Source of the DNA: a virus
Lineage: Duplodnaviria > Heunggongvirae > Uroviricota > Caudoviricetes
Length of the DNA stretch: 4,977 bases
IMG/VR virus record: IMGVR_UViG_2698536372_000026
Reading direction: 5' to 3' (one strand)
Each line of letters starts with the position of its first letter. Position 1 is the stretch's first letter. Below the pieces are notes generated by a model. It was not told the DNA's origin and did no database searches. It saw only the letters and a program-made list of their open reading frames with translations. Both the position numbers and the translations under genes were made by a program. Of this stretch, positions 1-4,977 are shown piece by piece.

Positions 1-1647
1 AGCACGGCCTGCCCGGACTGGGCAGAGCGCCTGAAAAAGGGGCTGTCGATTATTCCGGCTCCGATTTATCCGGAGCAGGCCGCACATGCCCTGGCGATTT
101 TTAAACAACTGCGGATTGTGGATGCACCGGGCAGCCCGACGTTCGGGGAGTCCTGCGCACAGTGGGTGTTTGACCTGGTGGCGGCCCTGTTTGGCTCCTA
201 CGATGCGCAGACCGGTGTACGCCATATCAAGGAAGTTTTTATCCTTATCCCCAAGAAAAACAGCAAGTCCACGCTGGCTGCCGGGATCATGATGACGGCG
301 CTGTTACTGAACTGGCGGCAGGCGGCGGGCTACACCATTCTGGCCCCGACCGTGGAGGTGGCGGCTAACGCCTTCAACCCTGCCAGGGATATGGTACGAC
401 GGGACGATGATCTGGATGACCTCTGTCAGGTGCAGACACATATCCGGACCATCACCCACAGGGTGACGGACACCACCCTTAAGGTGGTGGCTGCCGATCC
501 GAATACGGTATCCGGTATCAAGTCCGTGGGGACGCTGATTGATGAACTGTGGTTATTTGGCAAGCAGTACAAAGCGGAGGACATGCTACGTGAAGCCATA
601 GGCGGCCTTGCCTCCCGCCCGGAAGGGTTTGTGGTGTATACGACCACCCAGTCGAATGAGCCGCCAGCCGGGGTGTTCAGACAGAAACTGCAGTACGCCC
701 GGGATGTCCGTGACGGCAAAATTCATGATCCGCATTTTCTGCCGGTGATATTTGAACACCCTCCTGAAATGGTGGAAAGCGGGGCTAACCTGCTGATGGA
801 AAACCTCGCCATGGTCAATCCGAATCTCGGCTATTCAGTGGATGAGGCCTTTCTGTACCGGGAGTACCGTAAAGCCCGGGAAGCCGGTGAAGAGACATTC
901 CGGGGGTTCATGTCAAAACACGCCAATGTGGAAATTGGTCTTGCCCTGCGCTCTGACCGCTGGGCGGGGGCTGATTTCTGGGAAGAGCAGGGCCGTTGTA
1001 TCAGCCTGGACGATATCCTGCGTCGTGCTGATGTGGTGACGGTGGGGATTGACGGCGGAGGGCTGGATGATCTGCTGGGGATGTATGTGACTGGGCGTGA
1101 CCGGGAGACCCGCGAATGGCTGGGCTGGGGCCATGCCTGGGCGCATGAAACCGCGGTGGTCCGACGGAAGAGCGAGGCGTCCCGGTTTCAGGATCTTGTT
1201 GCCTGTGGAGATATGACCATTGTCCGGCGTGTCGGGGATGACACGGCGGAAGTGGCGGAATATGTGCGTCGCATTCATGAGGCTGAGTTACTGGACCATA
1301 TCGGTATTGACCCGTCAGGGGTGGGGCAGATTCTGGATTCACTGGCGGAAGCCGGGATCCCCGACGGAATTGTGGTGGGGATAAGCCAGGGCTGGAAACT
1401 GGGCGGGGCCATTAAAACCACCGAGCGCAAACTGGCTGAAGGGGTGCTGGTGCATGGTGACCAGCCCCTGATGGCCTGGTGTGTCGGCAATGCCCGGGTG
1501 GAGCCTAAAGGTAACGCCATTCTTATCACCAAACAGGCCAGTGGACGGGGAAAAATTGACCCGCTGATGGCGCTGTTCAATGCGGTCTCCCTGATGTCCC
1601 TTAACCCGGAACCGAAAAAGAAAGAATATGCGGTTTTTTTCATATAA
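1..1647 (+). CDS. Phage terminase large subunit (TerL), 5'-partial; ATPase plus nuclease domains
   Basis: Frame 1 is open from base 1 with no stop, so the gene starts upstream; the GTG at 118 in the ORF track is not the true start. Deviant Walker A 'PKKNSKST' at about 250-273. Walker B-like 'GTLIDE' at about 535-546. C-terminal RNase-H-like nuclease motifs 'VVTVGIDGGG' (about 1033-1062) and 'HIGIDPSG'. Stop TAA at 1645-1647. Family assignment is by motif recognition only. Confidence 0.85.
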   Translation, partial: STACPDWAERLKKGLSIIPAPIYPEQAAHALAIFKQLRIVDAPGSPTFGESCAQWVFDLVAALFGSYDAQTGVRHIKEVFILIPKKNSKSTLAAGIMMTALLLNWRQAAGYTILAPTVEVAANAFNPARDMVRRDDDLDDLCQVQTHIRTITHRVTDTTLKVVAADPNTVSGIKSVGTLIDELWLFGKQYKAEDMLREAIGGLASRPEGFVVYTTTQSNEPPAGVFRQKLQYARDVRDGKIHDPHFLPVIFEHPPEMVESGANLLMENLAMVNPNLGYSVDEAFLYREYRKAREAGEETFRGFMSKHANVEIGLALRSDRWAGADFWEEQGRCISLDDILRRADVVTVGIDGGGLDDLLGMYVTGRDRETREWLGWGHAWAHETAVVRRKSEASRFQDLVACGDMTIVRRVGDDTAEVAEYVRRIHEAELLDHIGIDPSGVGQILDSLAEAGIPDGIVVGISQGWKLGGAIKTTERKLAEGVLVHGDQPLMAWCVGNARVEPKGNAILITKQASGRGKIDPLMALFNAVSLMSLNPEPKKKEYAVFFI

Positions 1648-1672
1648 CCCTGTTCACACTGTAACCATCACG

Positions 1673-1697
1673 AACCGCTCCGGCGGTTTTTTTATTT
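1673..1697 (+). terminator. Candidate intrinsic terminator or attenuator between terL and the protease-capsid gene
   Basis: 6-bp stem aaccgc (1673-1678) / gcggtt (1683-1688) with loop tccg, followed by a T-run (ttttt a tttt, 1689-1698). The stem is short, so this would be weak or leaky at best. Confidence 0.3.
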
Positions 1698-1699
1698 TC

Positions 1700-1705
1700 A
1701 GGAGG
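1700..1705 (+). promoter_or_regulatory. Shine-Dalgarno AGGAGG for the GTG start at 1711
   Basis: AGGAGG lies 5 nt upstream of GTG 1711, which is the first start codon of the long frame-1 ORF. Confidence 0.6.
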
Positions 1706-1710
1706 CTGAT

Positions 1711-3462
1711 GTGACTCTTAAACGGGCCTGTTCCCTGCTGACGGTGAAATCCTTCAGTGAGGATGAACGGGTGATCACCGGGATTGCGTCAACGCCTTCT
1801 CCGGATCGGGATGGTGACATCCTGGAGCCGGAGGGCGCGGAGTTTGGCAGTGCGATCCCGTTTCTCTGGCAGCATGACCATTCCCGCCCGGTGGGGCAGT
1901 GTACGGTACGCCGGGTCAGCGAAGGGCTGGAAATCACGGCAACACTGGTGAAGCCCGTACCGGATATGCCGTCGCAACTGGCTGCCCGGCTGGATGAGGT
2001 CTGGGCGGCCATTAAGACCGGGCTGGTCAGGGGGCTGTCCGTGGGCTTCCGTCCCCATGAATACACCTTTCTGGACGGAGGCGGACTGCATTTTCTGCGC
2101 TGGGAACTGATGGAGGTGTCTGCCGTCACCGTGCCCGCGAATGCGGAATGCACCATCCGGACCATTAAATCTTACGACCGCCCGTTTTCTGCCGCGTCCG
2201 GCAACCGGAAACCGGTGGTGAAAATCGCATCTTCTGCCGGCGCTGCGGCACAGTCAACAACCGTTTTTCATAAGGAAAAGACCATAATGAATATTGGCGA
2301 ACAGATTAAAAGTTTTGAAAACAAGCGTGCAGCGCTGGCAGCCTCCCTTGAGGAGGTCATGACCAAAGCCGCAGAGGAAGGGCGCACGCTGGATGTGGAG
2401 GAGGAAGAGCATTACGACAACACCGCAGCGGAAATCCGTCAGGTGGATGCGCACCTGAAGCGCCTGCGTGAACTGGAAGCCGGTAAGGCCGCCACGGCGC
2501 AGCCGGTGAAACAGGCCGGTAACGGGAATGTGGCCGCGGTGGCTTCTGCGCCGGTGATCCGTGTGGAGCAGAAACTGGATAAGGGGATTGGCTTCGCCCG
2601 CTTTGCCAAATCGCTGGCTGCGGCTAAAGGCGTCCGATCTGAAGCCCTGGAAGTGGCCCGTCGTCAGTATCCGGATGACAGTCGTCTGCACCATGTTCTG
2701 AAATCGGCGGTGGGGGCAGGAACCACCACGGACCCGCAGTGGGCAGGCAGCCTGTCTGAATACCAGGAATATGCGCAGGACTTTATTGATTACCTGCGTC
2801 CGCAGACCATTATCGGGCGATTTGGTCAGGGCGGGATCCCTGCACTTCGTCAGGTGCCGTTCAATATCCGTGTGCACGCCCAGGTGTCCGGCGGTGCTGC
2901 CGGCTGGGTGGGTGAGGGTAAGGCAAAACCCCTGACGAAGTTTGATTTTGAATCCATCACCTTCAGTCATGCGAAAGTGTCGGCCATTGCGGTACTGACG
3001 GAAGAATTGATCCGTTTTTCCAGTCCGGCTGCTGATGCACTGGTCCGTAATGCGCTGGCGGAAGCGGTGGTGGCGCGTCTGGACACAGACTTTGTGGACC
3101 CGAAAAAAGCGGCGGTGGCGGATGTCTCCCCGGCGTCCATCACCCATGATGTGAAGGGCACGGCATCAACCGGTAACCCGGATGCGGATGCCGAGGCCGC
3201 GTTTGGCCAGTTTGTGACGGCAAATCTGCAGCCCACCGGTGCGGTCTGGCTGATGTCCAGCACCAATGCCCTGGCGCTGTCCATGCGTAAAAATGCGCTG
3301 GGGCAGAAGGAATATCCGGACATGACCCTGCTGGGCGGGACCTTCCAGGGGCTGCCGGTGATTGTCTCCCAGTATGTATGCCGCGTCCGGCAACCGGAAA
3401 CCGGTGGTGAAAATCGCATCTTCTGCCGGCGCTTCGGCACAGTCAATAACCTCTTTTCATAA
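1711..3462 (+). CDS. Fusion ORF: HK97-family prohead protease domain, coiled-coil scaffold (delta-like) segment and HK97-fold major capsid protein; C-terminus replaced by out-of-frame read-through at the duplication junction
   Basis: 583-aa ORF. The N-terminal ~155 aa carry prohead-protease motifs: 'WQHDHS' (His55/His57, nt 1873-1881), 'GLSVGF' (Ser110, nt 2038-2040) and 'ELMEVSAVTVPANAE'. Residues ~193-260 are charged and helical (EQIKSFENKRAALAASLEE...EEEEHYD...LKRLRELEAGKA), typical of a scaffold or delta domain. The remainder is a capsid body that is nearly identical to the downstream capsid gene. The last 28 aa (CRVRQPETGGENRIFCRRFGTVNNLFS) come from reading copy 2 of the repeat in the wrong frame. 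Stop TAA at 3460-3462. Confidence 0.85.
   Translation: MTLKRACSLLTVKSFSEDERVITGIASTPSPDRDGDILEPEGAEFGSAIPFLWQHDHSRPVGQCTVRRVSEGLEITATLVKPVPDMPSQLAARLDEVWAAIKTGLVRGLSVGFRPHEYTFLDGGGLHFLRWELMEVSAVTVPANAECTIRTIKSYDRPFSAASGNRKPVVKIASSAGAAAQSTTVFHKEKTIMNIGEQIKSFENKRAALAASLEEVMTKAAEEGRTLDVEEEEHYDNTAAEIRQVDAHLKRLRELEAGKAATAQPVKQAGNGNVAAVASAPVIRVEQKLDKGIGFARFAKSLAAAKGVRSEALEVARRQYPDDSRLHHVLKSAVGAGTTTDPQWAGSLSEYQEYAQDFIDYLRPQTIIGRFGQGGIPALRQVPFNIRVHAQVSGGAAGWVGEGKAKPLTKFDFESITFSHAKVSAIAVLTEELIRFSSPAADALVRNALAEAVVARLDTDFVDPKKAAVADVSPASITHDVKGTASTGNPDADAEAAFGQFVTANLQPTGAVWLMSSTNALALSMRKNALGQKEYPDMTLLGGTFQGLPVIVSQYVCRVRQPETGGENRIFCRRFGTVNNLFS
2190..3378 (+). repeat. Tandem direct repeat, copy 1 (1189 bp): linker, scaffold and capsid coding segment
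   Basis: Aligns base for base with 3379..4567 at a constant offset of 1189, with no indels seen. Hand count gives about 57 mismatches, i.e. about 95% identity. Confidence 0.9.
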
Positions 3463-4567
3463 GGAAAAGTCAGCAATGAATACTGGTGAACAGATTAAAA
3501 GTTTTGAAAACAAGCGTGCGGCGCTGGCAGCCTCCCTTGAGGAGATCATGAACAAAGCCGCAGAGGAAGGCCGCACACTGGATGTGGAAGAGGAAGAGCA
3601 CTACGACAACACCGCAGCGGAAATCCGTCAGGTGGATGCGCACCTGAAGCGTCTGCGTGAACTGGAAACCAGTAAGGCCGCCACGGCACAGCCGGTGAAA
3701 CAGGCCGGTAACGGGAATGTGGCCACGGTGGCTTCAGCGCCGGTGATCCGTGTTGAGCAGAAACTGGATAAGGGGATTGGCTTCGCCCGCTTTGCCAAAT
3801 CGCTGGCTGCGGCTAAAGGCGTCCGATCTGAAGCCCTGGAAGTGGCCCGTCGTCAGTATCCGGATGACAGTCGTCTGCATCATGTCCTGAAATCGGCAGT
3901 GGGCGCGGGGACCACCACGGATCCGCAGTGGGCAGGCAGCCTGTCTGAATATCAGGAATACGCACAGGACTTTATTGATTACCTGCGTCCGCAGACCATT
4001 ATCGGGCGATTTGGTCAGGGCGGGATCCCTGCACTTCGTCAGGTGCCGTTCAATATCCGCGTGCATGCCCAGGTGTCCGGTGGTGCTGCCGGCTGGGTGG
4101 GGGAGGGTAAGGCCAGACCCCTGACGAAGTTTGATTTTGAATCCATCACCTTCAGTCATGCGAAAGTGTCGGCCATTGCGGTACTGACGGAAGAATTGAT
4201 CCGTTTTTCCAGTCCGGCTGCTGATGCACTGGTCCGTAATGCGCTGGCGGAAGCGGTGGTGGCGCGTCTGGATACAGACTTTGTGGACCCGAAAAAAGCC
4301 GCAGTGGCAGATGTCTCCCCGGCGTCCATCACCCATGATGTGAAGGGCACGGCATCAACCGGTAACCCGGATGCGGATGCAGAGGCGGCGTTTGGACAGT
4401 TTGTGGCAGCAAACCTGCAGCCCACCGGTGCGGTCTGGCTGATGTCCAGCACCAATGCCCTGGCACTGTCCATGCGTAAAAATGCGCTGGGTCAGAAGGA
4501 ATACCCGGACATGACCCTGCTGGGTGGCTCCTTCCAGGGGCTGCCGGTGATTGTCTCCCAGTACGTG
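3379..4567 (+). repeat. Tandem direct repeat, copy 2 (1189 bp)
   Basis: Starts immediately after copy 1 with no spacer. Junction sequence is cagtatgta|tgccgcgtcc. The flanks diverge from the copies at 2189 vs 3378 and at 3378 vs 4567. Confidence 0.9.
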
Positions 4568-4678
4568 GGTGACCAGCTGGTGCTGGTGAATGCCCCGGAT
4601 ATTTATCTGGCTGATGACGGCGGTGTGGCGGTGGCGGTGATCACCGGAGTGAACTACGGCAGTGCGTCCGGCGGCTGA
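3476..4678 (+). CDS. Major capsid protein, HK97 fold, with N-terminal coiled-coil scaffold or delta-like segment (complete copy with native C-terminus)
   Basis: ATG at 3476 is preceded by AAGGA (3461-3465) at 10-nt spacing and sits just after the upstream stop at 3462. The frame is open further upstream, so TTG 3362 or ATG 3374 are alternative starts (the ORF track shows 3362..4678). About 97% aa identity to residues 193-555 of the upstream fusion ORF. Native C-terminus ...SQYVGDQLVLVNAPDIYLADDGGVAVAVITGVNYGSASGG. Stop TGA at 4676-4678. Confidence 0.8.
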   Translation: MNTGEQIKSFENKRAALAASLEEIMNKAAEEGRTLDVEEEEHYDNTAAEIRQVDAHLKRLRELETSKAATAQPVKQAGNGNVATVASAPVIRVEQKLDKGIGFARFAKSLAAAKGVRSEALEVARRQYPDDSRLHHVLKSAVGAGTTTDPQWAGSLSEYQEYAQDFIDYLRPQTIIGRFGQGGIPALRQVPFNIRVHAQVSGGAAGWVGEGKARPLTKFDFESITFSHAKVSAIAVLTEELIRFSSPAADALVRNALAEAVVARLDTDFVDPKKAAVADVSPASITHDVKGTASTGNPDADAEAAFGQFVAANLQPTGAVWLMSSTNALALSMRKNALGQKEYPDMTLLGGSFQGLPVIVSQYVGDQLVLVNAPDIYLADDGGVAVAVITGVNYGSASGG

Positions 4679-4684
4679 GTCTGA

Positions 4685-4692
4685 TAAGGAGG
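4685..4692 (+). promoter_or_regulatory. Strong Shine-Dalgarno (TAAGGAGG) downstream of the capsid stop
   Basis: taaggagg at 4685-4692. It is about 30 nt from the ATG at 4723, too far for a direct RBS unless the intervening hairpin folds. Confidence 0.45.
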
Positions 4693-4693
4693 A

Positions 4694-4713
4694 CGGGAGG
4701 CGTGCGCCTCCCG
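4694..4713 (+). promoter_or_regulatory. Perfect 9-bp GC-rich hairpin between the capsid gene and the next ORF
   Basis: cgggaggcg (4694-4702) / cgcctcccg (4705-4713) are exact reverse complements around the loop 'tg'. No U-tract follows (taacaggtt), so this is not a classical intrinsic terminator. Confidence 0.5.
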
Positions 4714-4722
4714 TAACAGGTT

Positions 4723-4944
4723 ATGGCAAAGATCCGATATCTGCAGGGCACGCATGATGCCCGGGCCGGGGATATCCGTGATGTGGCACAGCCGTGTGCG
4801 GAGGTGCTGGTTCGCCTGGGAAAGGCGGAGTACATCACGGTGCGACGTCCGGCAGGTCAGAAAAAGAAACGTGATGCGGAGCATGGCGAATGTGGAACCT
4901 TTTACGGCGAACCCGAAAAAACCAGAAATCAGGACGTGACGTAA
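4723..4944 (+). CDS. Hypothetical small protein (73 aa) downstream of the capsid gene; possibly head-associated
   Basis: ATG 4723 to TAA 4942-4944. Third codon positions are G/C-rich like the neighbouring genes. Position directly after the capsid gene fits a small head-completion or connector-type protein, but I recognise no motif. The overlapping frame-2 ORF 4754..4939 is Arg-rich and less plausible. Confidence 0.45.
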   Translation: MAKIRYLQGTHDARAGDIRDVAQPCAEVLVRLGKAEYITVRRPAGQKKKRDAEHGECGTFYGEPEKTRNQDVT

Positions 4945-4977
4945 GAGAGGCGGGCTGGACCAGCCTGTTTCAGGCGG

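Noticed and set aside
86-292. Plus-strand 68-aa ORF in an alternative frame at the terL 5' end, and 842..1039 (65 aa)
   Set aside because: Both overlap the terL frame, which carries recognisable ATPase and nuclease motifs. The alternative frames have no motifs and odd composition.
1632-1640. Run of seven T at the 3' end of terL (ggttttttt), considered as a slippery site
   Set aside because: It sits 2 codons before the stop, with no downstream extended frame or stimulatory structure that would make a frameshift productive.
426-1643. Minus-strand ORFs inside the terminase gene (426..719, 913..1278, 1001..1342, 1275..1643)
   Set aside because: Fully embedded antisense to a well-supported terL reading frame; Pro/Arg/His-rich, consistent with random open frames in GC-rich sequence.
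1698-2165. Minus-strand 155-aa ORF, and 1789..2091 (100 aa), overlapping the protease domain
   Set aside because: Antisense to the protease coding region, which has clear His/Ser protease motifs on the + strand.
3102-3110. A-run 'ccgaaaaaagcg' inside the capsid gene (and its copy near 4291-4299), considered as a programmed frameshift site
   Set aside because: The run is not in an X XXY YYZ register relative to the reading frame, and the alternative frames close quickly. It simply encodes Lys-Lys.
2254-3147. Minus-strand ORF of 297 aa, with a homologous 200-aa ORF at 3734..4336
   Set aside because: Both lie antisense to the duplicated capsid coding sequence and simply mirror the tandem repeat. 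Their proteins are Arg/His/Cys-rich and low-complexity, typical of spurious antisense frames in GC-rich coding DNA.
2967-3476. Minus-strand ORFs 2967..3476 and 4156..4473 (169 and 105 aa)
   Set aside because: Antisense to the capsid genes and again duplicated only because the underlying DNA is. No RBS or independent support.
1711-4678. Possibility that the HK97-fold genes encode an encapsulin nanocompartment rather than a phage capsid
   Set aside because: A terminase large subunit is immediately upstream and a prohead protease domain is fused in frame, both hallmarks of a DNA-packaging phage head. No cargo-protein gene with a targeting peptide is apparent.
4641-4884. Minus-strand ORFs 4641..4838 and 4654..4884, and plus-strand 4754..4939
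   Set aside because: They overlap the capsid 3' end or the 73-aa ORF. The Arg-rich composition looks like frame-shifted GC-rich sequence. The frame-1 ORF 4723..4944 is preferred, but with limited confidence.
4946-4977. Short inverted repeat ggctgg/ccagcc after the 73-aa ORF stop, considered as a terminator
   Set aside because: The loop is only 1-3 nt, there is no clear U-tract, and the window ends at 4977, so it cannot be evaluated.

Overview
This window reads as the head-morphogenesis module of a tailed-phage (HK97-like) prophage or phage-derived element, all on the + strand. Product calls rest on motifs I recognise by eye; no database search was run. In order: (1) the 3' part of a terminase large subunit gene (1..1647, 5' end outside the window); (2) a short intergenic region with a terminator-like hairpin and a strong SD; (3) one long ORF (1711..3462) fusing a prohead protease, a coiled-coil scaffold-like segment and an HK97-fold major capsid protein; (4) a second capsid gene (3476..4678); (5) a 73-aa ORF (4723..4944) behind an SD-hairpin-ATG arrangement. 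The main observation is that a 1189-bp segment (2190..3378) is repeated head-to-tail at 3379..4567 with about 95% identity. The unit is not a multiple of 3, so copy 1 runs out of frame at the junction and loses its native C-terminus, while copy 2 keeps it but has no protease domain. Differences between the copies are mostly synonymous in the capsid body, so both derive from selected, functional genes. That points to recombination between two related phages, or a chimeric assembly, rather than a fresh in-situ duplication. I see no tRNA, rRNA, CRISPR array or transposase.
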